Shown piece after piece: positions 1 through 13,601 of a DNA stretch of 64,000 bases. The stretch lies in NCBI GenBank assembly GCA_030704615.1, contig CM060732.1, forward strand, positions 71,114,001 to 71,178,000, read 5' to 3'. Position 1 is the stretch's first letter; each line of letters starts with the position of its first letter. The position numbers were made by a program, and so were the translations under genes. This stretch comes from Takakia lepidozioides (Eukaryota > Plantae > Bryophyta). Below the pieces are notes generated by a model, which saw nothing but the letters and a program-made list of their open reading frames with translations, did not search any database and had not been told where the DNA came from.

Positions 1-293
1 TTTTCCTTGTGATAGATTTTGCTCTCAATGTAACCTAAATCTGTGAGGACCACCCAACTCGTAACTGGAGGTGGTAACTGCTGCCTACTACTTCACATCA
101 GGATTCCAAGTTTTGCTTATGCTTTAATTCTCACCTTTGTAGTGTGTATGTATTTGCAAATCAATTATTCAGACCTGCTGCATGCTGAAGGTTACATCAG
201 AACCAGTCCAAAGTATTTAAAAATACCTTAAAAATCACGCTCTCGGGAAACTTAGAAGTATGGTACCAGCCTAGACCACTATGCTCTGCTCAC

Positions 294-3200
294 CTCATGT
301 GTCTTCCCTGCCGCAATGATTGTCTCCTTGAAGTCATTGGCTGTGACACTGCATCGCCCCCATATTATCTAGCAATGTCAGCTACTCCCCTTAATTTCCC
401 AGTATAATAGCTGTGCATTGGTACTGCTGAATAGCCAAAGAATGAATCATTTTGTCCCCTTGACTCAGGGGGGCAAAACAGCAACCTTGCATATTTTAGG
501 TTGCTGAAACCAGCAAGGGACAAGATGTGACATATACTTGCAGAGAAGAAATGGTCAAGAATAAATGCACGATGGAAGGTCTCAAGAGTGCACCCTCCAT
601 CTGCAACTCCAGCTTCCTCAGGAGAAATCAGAAATGGAGAGTTCTCGAACACACCCCTGCAACCAACCCATGGCTCCACATAGTTTTCAAATAACAACAC
701 AGAAAAAGTAACAAGACTTTGAATAATGCACACTGAACACCACTCTTTAGATCCAATAGCATGAGTCTAAAGTGATTACAATTAGCAACATCTGTTCATA
801 ATGTTCTCAAGTCTTTCACATTCCCAACATGTTCCCATGTAAACCACAAAATAAGCTACTGAAGTGTATGTGTATACATGCCATGGGCTTTCAAAAATTG
901 ACTGAAGATGGCCTAAAACAGTCACAAGGATGCCAAGACTCATATATACACAAGCAACTACTGACAGCTACATTCACATAGCTCCCCAGCTGAAGAGAAA
1001 AAAGGAGGGGAACTGCAAAATAAGAGGGCTGGGATGAGTAAAAGGCCTTTCGTTGAAGACTTGGAAGGCCTCTTGGGCGGACTCATTTGTGTGGGTACCT
1101 ACTGCTCTATGAACTTTTCTAGCTCCATTGAGGTGTTGGTTGGATGGAGGGCCCAAGGATAGTCTCCTGAAAGACTTGAAGAGATAAGCTAGCAGGCTAA
1201 CACTTTCTGTGATTGCAAACAACAATCCATTCCAAAGCAGAGGATTTTTCACCATAAGTTGAAATCAAAGAGCTATACCCTATGAAGCTGAGATAACGAC
1301 TAAACTCAGATGTATACGCCTTCACTGACTGCTCCAGCAACCCTAATAGCTCATGTGTCGGCCTGTTCTCACACATACAGAACACTCACATTATAACAAA
1401 TCACAGAGTGCGCACTAAGATCACAGCCCAACAATCCACAATTGGGTGAGAATGCAGATGGAAAAATCACACTGCACGAAATCGGGTCGGAATCACAGGG
1501 AACTGCAAAACATGTAACTAAAAGTGAGAGAGCCGTACGAAAGGGGGTGGTTGAACGAGGACCACCAAACGGCAACAAAGGCACGGAGGGCAAAAGCAAG
1601 TCTCGTCAGATCATAGAGGGGAGGTCCGTAGCGCTCGCGCTGTTCTTCCATAGGCCTGCCACATCTTCTCATGTTAGCCAGTGGCATTAGATCATAGCTC
1701 ACTTATGTTGCATCCACTAGATTCTAAAATAAACTGCCCCAACCAGGCAGAGTTCCTCTGGAAGCAGAAAATTGAGTGATTAAATGCAATTTGCAACCTG
1801 ATGCTGCTTTGACAGGTCATGTATTACCTCGATGTCCATGGACAATTTCACCTTTCATTAGAGCTATTATAGATTCTGCAAAATGACTCCTGATATTAAA
1901 AAGATAAATCAAAATCAAAGGTTCTCTACACCTGCGATACAACAACTTGTTTGCTGTAGAGATAGAAATAGTGATAAGTGTCACATACCCATGGTCATCA
2001 TTTATCTGACAAACAAAGTCCAGCAGTACCTGCACCCCAATAAGGTGCCCACTATTAGCATCCGAACAAAATGTTGAGTGATACAGGCAAATAAAATAGA
2101 ATATTATCGTGTATATTAGGTTCTTGGCAATACCATTCACAGTAAAGAGAGAGCTGGGATACAATGTTGGGCCGTCTCTGCATGACATTGAAGCTTACTG
2201 CAACAGTCTTTGACAAACCAGGACACAAGAAAGTTATGTCCTGTTCATGTTATCTATAGGACAAATCTGTTTGGATTAGCCATAAAGACTGCATCATATA
2301 GCTACAGAGGGTACCTGTGGCACGCCCACAAGCAACTTGACAAGAGTTCTAAAGACTCCAGTCGTTGAGCCTAGCTGTGCTAATTGTCTCCGTCTGCCAT
2401 ATGACCACATCCAAAATCGCTTACTCAAATCTGAAAGATTCAATTCACTTCTATGTACAAACATTATGACAATGTGAAGCACTGCAGGTCATGTCCACAT
2501 GATCAGAGACCACTTTGACACCTATTCCCAAAATTCTACTACCTTCAGATGTGTCCCTCTACCGCTTCATGTCTAAAATTTTGATGACAGTTCAGACGAG
2601 CTGGTTCACATCTCCCTTTGCTCTAAAGCAAAGACCTCACCTTTCCATCTGTTGTTTCCAAAGAAGAGAGTACTTGTCACGAATGCTGCCTCCCATCAGC
2701 ATAAGGTTCTCCACCTCAGCTTGGCGTCTCCTTTCGGAGCGTTCACGCTGCTGCTTCACAAGTACCCCCCGAAAATCCTGAGGCATATACGAGAGAACTG
2801 TTCCAGAGCCATGTAAGTGACTTTTCTCTTCATAGACCATGACCACTCCTAACAAACCCTCCTCTCCAAACCTTCCCCCTCCTCTTCTCTCCAGGAGCAC
2901 AAAAATCTCTCTCAAAAGACACAGTACTCTAGCAACCTAAAATTACACATGCTTTTTTGCTGCATAGCCTGAAAGATTTCCCAAATGGGCAACTTGCACC
3001 AAAGGAAAGCACTGAATCTATATGACCTGCTACACAAGTGCACCTGGCAGAGTACAAACACAAACTAAGAAAAGCCATCACCATTCTGATTGTATTACCG
3101 TTGCGGAACATCCAATTCTGGATTTTTAATTTAATAATGTGGTACAATCGTTAACCACAAGAGCAGGGCATGCCAGGCTCACCCATGCTGAATATCCCTT

Positions 3201-4809
3201 CACTGTTTGAAGTCTGGAAAGCTTCAATTGTGGTCAAAAAACTTTGCATCTCCTCGCCCAATCTCACCAGGCTGGCCGCAACTTCCTCCAGCGAGGGTGT
3301 GTCCTGGGTTTTGAGCTGGCCAATCCCAAACAACGAGGATGCAGCAGTTTGACCAGAGGCCTCACACAGCAGAACCCCCGCCAGGTGTGTTTCCAGCATA
3401 CTACTTGATCTGGTTTCACCAAATCATTGCTGCAGATCTAGTGGATACTCAAACGACTATCTACTCAACCTGTCTAGTTCTGAAGAAGTCGCTGTCTGAC
3501 AGCCAGTTATTTTGTGTGCAGTGTGGGAGGACTCACAGAATCAGGCCAATTATCCTTGTTCAGTAAGAAAATAATTTCTTCGACTGATTCTCGGTTTCTC
3601 CAAAGATTCTCATCGATCTTCTGAGGTGGACAGAATTCCAACCCTGCATCTAACTCTTCGTTGCCTGTATACCCACATGGACACCCTGGTCGGCAATTCA
3701 GATAGACATGAGAGACTTGGGAAGTTGTAATCACCTAGATCCTTGCCAATCAGAACAAGGTGGCAACAACCTATAGCCGTGATACTTCATAGATAGAGAT
3801 AGGAAGGGGTGGCTCCTTCCTCTAAGACCTTGCAAACGCCTGGTAGCCCGCACAAGAGCCTAGGCAAAGACAAGCAGCACCTCCCTACATAAGTGGTAAC
3901 TGCAGTGGCTGAGATCTGCAGAATGTACAACCTACCCACCAAATGAAAATTCTTCTTGGCTTGCAAAATGGGAGCCTCAGCTCGCAGAAGTCCCCACAAA
4001 ATATATAAGCAATTACGTGAAGGCAAACTGACAACTAATAATTGCAAGTCTAGGTCGGGATCCAATGCTTGCAACTCCTCATCACAACATACTCAAGTGG
4101 GTCTGGGGTCACAATACCCTAATTGCAAAGCACGTTACTTTCCGATTATACACAACTTTTAGGCCATGTACTTCGATCCTACTTTCTTCCAACATCAAAT
4201 CTTCATAAACGCAAACCTGTAGCACCCTTAAACTCAATTCCTCTTTCAGTCATTTTACAAGACTTAAGACACGCCAGACAGATCCAAATCGAAGGCCCTC
4301 CTATTTATCATATAATAGGACTCCTGTATTGATCTAGTATTATGAGAGATATTCAGTCCAAGGAAAGTTTTGAACAGGCTCATTTTGCCGCTGCAGTGAC
4401 ATCCCGAGAAGCTTACAGCTACGTTGCGAAGCACCGAATCCACTTCCCCTCCCCAATCCAATAAAACGAATACACCACACAGGACAACCCAAAATCCGGT
4501 AAATACAACAATCTGAATGCTCACAGTACCCGAGGTTTAAAATCATCGTTCCCGAATAACTATAAGCAGATCACCGCGCTGCCCTACCTGAACGAGGATT
4601 TGAAATTGAATGACGCACTAGAAGTGTCGGAATGCAAAGCTACCTGAAACATCATCCAGCCTCTCTGCAAGAATGCGAGAAGCCTGTTCCTTGAGCGAGC
4701 TGGTGAGGGACGTGACATCAGATGCCAGGGGGGGAAACGGATACTTGTCATAGAATTTGGATAGAAACGCCTTGGTGATCGGCACCAATCCCACTGCCGA
4801 CGATGCCAT
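294..4809 (-). CDS. AT5G01010-like protein (family has a C-terminal GOLD domain); 3' end lies beyond the left edge of the window
   Basis: Ten GT-AG exons join in frame: 4809-4644, 3664-3537, 3315-3183, 2797-2641, 2393-2315, 2029-1989, 1655-1539, 1362-1279, 656-594, 348-294. Peptides MASSAVGLVPITKAFLSKFYDKYPFPPL, PPQKIDENLWRNRE, YMPQDFRGVLVKQQRERSE, RRRQLAQLGSTTGV, GPMEEQRERYGPPLY and FKETIIAAGKTHE match the recalled Arabidopsis AT5G01010 family. Confidence 0.88.
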
Positions 4810-6505
4810 CGCCCTCACCCTCCCAAGATCTCTTCTTTCTCACAAATGCCGCAAATCCTCCCCAGCCTACTGAATCCAACATCGATCCATCACCAGATCG
4901 CCTCCAAAATCCTTCCAGACCCGCAAAGCAGAAATTTTAATCTGAATCTGAATCTGAATCGATTCAACTGCATGGATCTGCGAGACAAGCTTCCACACCG
5001 AGCAATCTCGTCTGGAAGCAACAAGCAACCACCCCCATTTTTACCGCCGTCACCATTCACCCCACCAGTTAAAACAAATCGTTTGATATTATTATTTCTG
5101 GGAATATGGACCATTTAGCGCACTCATTGCGAGTAACTGGCGATATTACGAGATCCCACGCAGGGGCGTGAGTAGGGGGATTTGAACACGGTACTTCTGG
5201 AAAAAGTCACATAAAGTGCAATGGGATATACCGGCTGCTTCCGGTATCTACGGGGCTATGTCCCAGAAAGATGCCACGTGGCGGGTCGCAGGGGTATCTT
5301 CCTCCGCATTTTTGGCCCTGGCCCGGGCCACCGGCCAGAGCCGGCGGGCCCGCAATGTTGACGGCTTCCAGCCGGTGATGGATGAGATGGATGATTATCC
5401 GTCCGGGTGGGCCATCAATAAGCGCGCATCATCCATCGGGGAGACCTCGTCGGCCCGATGAAGGGGCGGGCATAGGACCGGGAGGGCCGTTACGGGTGGG
5501 GGTCGGCCGAGGCCGGGCTTCAGCTGGCGTTGCTTGCCCTAACCGTTATTTACCCGCCACGCGCGCTCTCGTCTTGCCCTCCCTCTCTCTGCATTGTCTT
5601 CTTGAAGTTCTGAACTGTTCAAAGCAGTGCATGGGTGTCTAAGAGCTTCAGCTTTTTCTCTCTCTTGTCTCCGATGTACAGGTCGATGACAGAGGTTATT
5701 TTGGAAGTTGTGTCGTAGATGTCTGACTACAACTCGCTTTCTCTCATTCTTCTAGAGGCTAGCAGAATGTTTGGAATGCTGTAGATTCAAGAAATGACAT
5801 GGGTCTTCTATAGTTAGGCAATACGCCTTCATTGCTCCTTGCTGATTATAAGGGCTTCGTTGAAACGTGGGTGGGTGTGGCTTTGTTGTCTTGATCCAAG
5901 ATATAGGGTAGAGTCTTGGAGGGGCTTTGCCCCACAAAATCCCTCATTGCAGGGAGAGAGGACCTGCTAGTTTTCAAACTGAAGAAAAATAATGGAATGA
6001 GGGTGCGATGTAAGAAAATTAGAGTCTAGCCAAACTAAACCCACAAGACAATGACCAGTGCAACCACCAGCCGAGCTCTGTTGCTTAATTCTTGCCTGTG
6101 CAGGAAAGGCAACCATCAATTTAAAGAGCAGATTATTCCTGTTTTGAAGCATTAAAGCTTTGGAAAGAGTTTCACATGCAGCAATAACAAACCTGCATGG
6201 AAAATTGTTGAGCACTCCTGGAGAACTTATCTGCTCGTTCATGGAATTTCGGCCGCCAAATCAGGCCTTGTAGTATTCAAAGTTCTACTTTGCATTCCTC
6301 TGAAGACCCAATCCATAGCACTTGCGCTCGTGCTCCACACATGAAGCAGTGTTACATGACTAAAATAAGTGAAATTTGTCATAAACCCCATGGCACTTTG
6401 GTAGACAATGTAATGAGATGATCCAAAACACAGATTGAACCTGGAGACAACAAAGAGAAGCCACATGTAGACTGACAGTGGTACTAGACAAGTGACTGTC
6501 CAACC

Positions 6506-9500
6506 ATGGTAGGGGTCATGAGCAAGCCACCCAAGCCTTCGTCAGTGCATAGCAGCTGTAAAAGTGACTATATCAGTGAAAAGAGCAGTCATGGGAGCGC
6601 TCGCAGCAAGTATTCAGTGGTCTACCTCTCTCTCTCTCTCTCTCAGACGTTGTTTGTTTGTTTGTTCCTTTCATTAACTCCTGAAGCTTCTTGTCTCACA
6701 TAACTGTACGTCAAAAGTGTACCGCTTCAAACTAAACAAAAGCATCTGAAAGAAGTTACAGCACAATTTGCGATCGGCATGGATGCAGCTCTCTAAGACA
6801 AGTGATGTTGACGCTGAACTCTTTGGCAAGGAGATGTGGTGGTCCAAAGTTGCCCAGGTACCCTCAAAACTCGTGTCAGTGAGAAAAACAGGAAAGAGAG
6901 AGGGGAAAGAGAGAGGGGTTCCTCGTTCTTGTTATAAAGCACCATTTCATTTCATTTCATTTCTCTCCTGTCCCACAAGCTCTTTGAGAAAGAATAGATG
7001 TTCTTCACTTTTGATTTCCCCTGTTGTTCCTAACGCAAGTGGGGTTATAGTCAGTCTTGAAATTGAAGGTGAAGGGAGAGATAGAGAGAGATAGAGAGAG
7101 GACCAATAATGCTCAGAGAACTGATTCCAGGGTTCTGGATTCAAGAGCTTGTGTCCAGTAACGTAAGACTCCAAGATGAAGGCACCAACCTTTGATCGTG
7201 GTCGCGGCCTAAGTATCTTGTTTTTCTTAGCCAAAGTTTCATTTGATGAGTCCTTCCTGCTCTTACATCAAGAGCACACTAATAGAAGACTGAGAAAAGA
7301 AACATGGAATCATCAACCTTTTCAATTTGCAGCAGTGAGTTTGTAAGGGAGCAGGCAAGCAAATGTGAGGGGTGGGTGTTTTGAGTAAGCAACTGGCCAC
7401 TTGGCTCACAGATCTTGCATTGTTTAGTCGTTCCAAAGGGTGCCACATGCTTTTCTGTTTGAGTCAGGATCTAGCATATCTAGAATTAGGTCACCGAAAT
7501 GAGTGATTTCAACTCGTGCATTGGTGGAATCTCCCAAACAGAACAAGAAGGAAAAGAAGGGTGAGAAGCCTAAGAAGAAGGTGGATCCGAAATCCTCTAA
7601 AGCCAGCACCCCAGAGGATTCCGACACAGTCATCATCAGCAAGAGTGACATCAATCGAATTAAGGCCAGTATCATGACCGTACCATGCATATAAATTTGA
7701 AGGCCAGAAGAATGAGAGAGGAGAGTTCCAGAGTGTATTGGGAAGGAGTCTGATGACACCGTCTTGTGGACCACAATTTATAGGCTAGAATAGTGAGTCA
7801 GGCTTAACATCTAAGTTAATACTACACACATTTTGTGTTTGAGACAAGCAGGAAAAATCCATCATATTGACTCCAGCAATCATAGAAGCAATGAACGCGG
7901 AGAAAGAGGCAGAGAGGGAACGCAAAAATGCTATCTCTAACCAACGGAAGGCCCTTATGTTGAAGGTACGCATTTCAAGGTGGTGTAAATCCAGTGATTG
8001 TCCCAAACTAGACATTTTTCAGCAAGCAAACTCTAACCTGAAAGCTTAAGCATCTAATTAAGCAAGGATGATTGGAAGCATATTACAGGAGAACTGATGA
8101 CTAAAGGGGTTGATAAGTTACAGTGATTCTTCCTACAAAATCTGGCCTTCAATTGAAAAAAGGCCATTAACCCTGCCATAGGTGGAGTAGGACTTTGATT
8201 TTCTGTATGTGTGACCTAGTTTTCTTCGTTTCTCGCTTCAACATGAACTTCAAAATGAAATATGGAAGACCAATTTGAAGCCTTTGTGGAACACTGCCTG
8301 TCACCTGTCCCTCCATCCTTCTCCCTTTCAACTCGCTCCAACTGTCAGTGGGATCTGTGGCCAAGGCCAGATTATGTCTCCCTGTGAAACTGGAGAGTAA
8401 TACAGGTGGATAAGGCTCCTCAGCAGATGCCCTCTTTGTGGGGCGTTGAGTCAACAGTCAATGTCGTGTGCACTCCATCCCTCTGCTACTCTGTACCTCT
8501 CAACCAAGCCACCACTTAAGGGTTTTATCTGTTGGACTGAGGACTGCAATCAAGTAAGAAATCTCTTAGGTGGTAGCGCCCCTGTGGCTTCTGTGGAGCT
8601 TTGTGCATCCGTCACAATTTCCTGGTATCATTATCGAGGCCATAAATGTGTATCTGAATTTACATACCGCACCTCAAAGAGCACATGATGATAGAATGGC
8701 AGGCTGACTGTGGGGTTGGTACAGTTGGAAGCTGAGCGAAAGAAGAAGAGCGGACCCATGTCTGATACAGAAGTGCTGAAACGCCAAAATGATGCCATGT
8801 AAACCATTGTCATCCTCAATAGTAAAATCCTGTAGGGGTGATTTCCACTAGCGACAGATGAGAAACCTATGCACGTGGGTGACCTCCCAGCAACTGCCTG
8901 TGCCTCTAGATGCTTGGGTACATAAGCCCTTGTAATAGGTGATTGAATAACGTGGGCGGCAGATGACCTGTCAGATGCTGTATGAGGATTTTGGTGGGCC
9001 TTGACAGGTAGGATTTTTCAGTCTAAAGGGTTGATCTGATCCTTCTTCCATTAAAATCCAAATGGTAGCTTTGTTGCGACTAATTACCTGGAGAATCACA
9101 ATGGGTGGGCATGGGAATGGGCAGGATTTTGGAGGAGGCCGTGAAATCCTTCGAGGAGAGATTGGATGATGTCAAAGAAATGAATCAACTTTGTACTTAC
9201 GCCAGATGTGTTACACTTCGCGATGGACAGAAGGGAGATAAGGTATGGGTGTCCTTGTGTTTGTGTATCTATACCAAAGGAGACAGAAGAGGTGGAAAGA
9301 TGAGTGGGATCAACTTACTAACCTGGTCTCGTTGGCACAGCAAAAAAGATATGATGACGAGAAAGAGGAAAAGATGAAGACCCACCTCATGATGGAGGAG
9401 GCCCGGAAGAAGCTGATAGAGTTTTACGACAGGAAAGAAGCCATCAAGAAGGAGCAGCGCTATGCTGGGGCAGCTGTCATCCGCCAACAAATTGCGGTAC

Positions 9501-12482
9501 TGACTTTCAAAGTCCAGTCTCTAGCCTGTGCTGTTTGCGCTTCTGTTTGACAAACTGCCACTTTCTCTCCTACTACTGCCAAATTTTGGAGGTCATTGGA
9601 ATTAAAAAAAACTCTCGCATCTGTCTTACCAGTTTGAAATGCTGTATGGCAGGACTTCCAACACTTCCTGTGAATGCCTATGGTGTACCCTTAGAGGCAT
9701 TGTTCCCTGGGGTCAAAAACCCTGGTGGAGCCAGTCGTTGGGTCTTACCTGCCAGGGTATGTCTCACACCAAAAGAGAGGGAAAGAGGAGTGGGAAGGTG
9801 TTCAAGAATGCACCTTTTCTACACTGTAAACAGGAGACCATAACCATACAGACATTTGCTAAGTTACAGCTGCTTAGGTGACTGAAATATCCCATCAGAA
9901 AAAGCATCCTGAATTTACCTGAACATCCTTGAGGTACTATTATGCATTTTCAACCATGATAATCAATTTTCTCTTCTGGAATGAAAAGTTCAGCCCCTGG
10001 AGCTCTGAAGCTCAAAGTAAGGATCCTGTATAATAGGGCTCTACTTACTTGTAGAGGCAGTTGCCAACAATCATTCTAAGGAACTTTGTTTTGACCCGAA
10101 ACAAATGCTTTGTTTGAAAAGGCTCTAAGGGAACTTTTCAATCGAGGTGCAACACTAGTATGAAGCTCAGTATAAAAGCTTTAGATTCTGTTGCAACCTT
10201 TGTGAAGCTTAAAGGCTTTAGGCATTTAGCTTTGTCTCTCCTTGTTTGTTATCTGTGTCATTTGATGTAAAACCCTGTGAGGACATGGATACCAGTTATG
10301 CATTCATGTAGAGAGCATAAACACTGGCTGTTTCATGAGCAAATCCTACCGTGTTCACACTGGACAGTATAATGAAACCCAACGGATGATTGCGGACGAG
10401 GCCAAAGTGCAAGAAGGGAAGAAAATAAAGAGAGAGATTCAACGGAATATTGATGAGGACAATAGAAAGGCTGAGGCCAAGAGGTTGGCAGGTGTTGCCT
10501 TCATGAAGGATATGATCAAGGAGAACGAAGAGGCAGAGGTGGCAAAAAAAGAGGTCAGATCCTAACCAAAGAAGGTCATCTTCTTAAATAAAATTGTTAT
10601 TGCAATCCAGGTCGTGATTAAAATACTGCTGTAGCTGGGAACGTCCAATGGTCAGGCAGTCTTCTGACCCGTCTTTTCTGTTCAGATGTTCCAGTCAACC
10701 CCCAACAAGGTTTCATGGCCTGAAAGCACCAGCAAAACTGACTAGAAGCACCATACAATAAGCTGTTTCAGTGTAGGTCTTAATGATGAATACCGATGTG
10801 AAATGTTGCTGATTGATCATTGATATTCTAGATATGTAGAAGTAACTCCAATCTTGGTTGAGTTGTTTGCAGGCAAAACTTTTTGAGTTACTTGAAGATG
10901 AAAAGCGGAAGGCATACAGTCATGAAAAGGTTATGCGAGAGCAGGCCTACCATGAGGAGGTTGAAAACATAAAGAAAGAGAGGGAACTGGAGACGGCAAG
11001 GCTCCGGGCACTGCAAGAGAAGGCATCTGACAAAATGGGTGTACTTGACGAGCTTCGTTCACAGCGCATTCAGGCATGCTCATTCAACTAGTATCCTTCT
11101 TTTTGCCCTATCCCTAATACCTGTCGTAGGATGAGATTAATTTGTGAATGATCGCGTGAACTAAGGAATTCCATGCACAAGCTGAGTGGATGAGCTGTCA
11201 TGTAACCATCTGCAAAATGTGGCCATTTGACTCTTTTGCCAAATTTGTAGAATGCAGAAAAACCAGAAGATCTGAGCATTTGCCAAATAGCAGACACATC
11301 CTACTTCATTCCAGTGACTTCAATATGAAGCATCAGCTCAAAACTAACAATAAGAACATGGGAAGCAATATCTGTGATTGAATGCCTAAATCTCATGAAT
11401 TGTGAGAGCTCATCCAATTTAGTAATGTAGGAACTATGCAGCTCCTGACAAACTAGAATTGGCTTTGGCCTGCAAACTGTAGTCAAGAAAATTGACAATC
11501 TTTGGCAGTCATTGTATCAATTGGATGTTTGGCAGGGGAAGAGTGCTCGATTTGCACTCTCAACTGGAAATATGCTTATGTCTATCATGTTGGAAAAAAG
11601 ATGCCACCCACTGACATTTAACATGGTCTGTGAACTGCATGCAGGAGGCTCATGAGAGGGAGTGGCGGGAGAAGGAGCATGCAGAGGCTGAAAAGATTCG
11701 GCTGATGAATGAGGACCTTGCCATGGCACGTGAGCAACAGAAGATCATGAAAATGAAGGAGCTCGCTGATATGGTACTTTTCCATTGACATTATTTGGGG
11801 TATACTTTGGGACTCAAAAGACATTCATTCAAAAGCCACCAAAGATGTTGCTTTATTGAGTCATAAATGGAAAAAATTGAGTATGCTGAAAAGATGAAAG
11901 CCAACCAAGTCAGGTAATGTCCTGTGATGATGACTACCCACAACCAGCACCCATCCAGAGTTGATCTCAGTTCCCAAAAATGGGCAGGAGATTAAAAGAC
12001 TATATCAAAACCTCGTTCATTTGAAAACAGGGCCACGTAAAGTTTCTTAGTTGTTGACTTTAAAATAGTTGCATCACCTGGGAAGAAAACTCTATGGTGA
12101 CCTCCTGAATGTTTTCAGTCTGTCCGTACCTTACTCTTATGCTGGGATATGGCAGGCGTTGAGGGAGCAAATTGAGTTCTACAAGATAATTGCATTGCAA
12201 AAGGAACAGATGGCGAAGGCCACAGCTGAGGCTGAGATCCTGCACAAATCAAACATGAAGCACCGCACTGAAATTTTGGGGCAAATAAGAAAGAAGGAGG
12301 AACTGCGGGCTCTTGCCGTTAAGGAGAAATTTGCTGAGGGTGAGAGGCTGAAGCAGCAGATGAGAGTTGAAAAATTGCGGTTAGAGCAAATCAAGCAGCG
12401 GAAAGTCAAGGAGTTGGAGAAGGATGGGGTCCCTCCCAAGTACATGGTTGATCTTCTCAAGAAAAAGCTTGGTGTCCATTGA
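6506..12482 (+). CDS. CFAP45: Cilia- and flagella-associated protein 45 (coiled-coil axonemal protein)
   Basis: Exons ~6506-6619, 6789-6857, 7542-7664 (or 7679), 7852-7965, 8725-8798, 9125-9242, 9341-9496, 10368-10553, 10873-11073, 11645-11773, 12156-12482 keep frame. Motifs SDVDAELFG, LDDVKEMNQLCTYARCVTLRDGQ, ELRSQRIQ-EAHEREWREKE and C-terminal KVKELEKDGVPPKY resemble CFAP45/FAP45. The start ATG could be 6506 or 6518. Confidence 0.82.
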
Positions 12483-13601
12483 CCAAAGGTGCATTTCAAC
12501 ATTATTCTGGGGCAGCAGTCATGCCCTTGCATGTAAAATTCTTGGCGAGATCAAATTTAGCATTGAGATCCATCGGTCATTTCTAGCTCTGAAAGGGTTG
12601 TTGTATAGATGTGGACTCATGTTCCATTCAGTTTATATTCAAGCTTCATGTAATTTCAGTGATTCAGCCTTTGGACCATACACATCAGTGATGGCTAGTA
12701 GTGTGTTTGTTTGATACTATTAGTATTCACAGAAAAATGAAGTTACTTGGAATATAAAATCCACAACTTTTTTCTAGTCCTTACTCCTCCACCAAGCGCT
12801 GAAATAACCGTTTACATTTTTCATTACTGGCAAGGCTCAGTAACTATGGTGGGTCTCCAGGGAAATGTTCTCCAACAGTGAAACTATTTATCCGAAAACA
12901 TCACTTTATGTTTGCTGGCTGTATGGCAACTTCCAATGGACAGTGTGATTCAATTCACTTGCTTTGGAATGAACACAACTCATCAACCCATCTAAGAAGC
13001 AGGGGCTCAAAAATGTAATTCCAACAGCAATTGAGCAGTACAAACCAATCCCATTTTCCACTTACAATTTAGACATTGAGAACGTAATAAGGTCTACCCT
13101 GCAAAGAGAGTACAGGAGATGTACAGAAGTGGGGTCCAATACAACATGTATGCCTTCCTCCAGTAGTCAAGGAAAAAAGAGTACTTTACTTGCAGAAAGT
13201 ATTGGGCAAGTATAAAGGCAATAAGTGCTTGCCTCCAAGCCCCAACATCCAAGGTTGATCCAGACAAACAACCTAATTACTGCTTCTGAACTGTGGCTAT
13301 TTCTCTTGCTATGGCTACTTGGGCCAGAGCCCTTCCTCCCCTCTACATCATCTCTTCCTCCTTCCCTCCATCACACCCCTTGTAGCACAATGACAGTAGC
13401 CAACCAAAACTGGATTGATATACAGACCTGTAATTATGACTCAATTATCGACTTTCATAAGAGTCTCTGCAGGTCCTGGCGCTCGCCTTTAGAGTATCAT
13501 GTTTGGTTAGGGCTTCAGAAGATTGTCCAAAATTGGGGTTAACATCACAGAGGCAAACATTAGTTTACCATGGGGTGGAGTCAACTTCTCAGTCACGCTG
13601 G

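Noticed and set aside
1-293. Further exon of the AT5G01010-like gene
   Set aside because: No convincing GOLD-domain peptide in any frame; probably intron, with the remaining exons outside the window.
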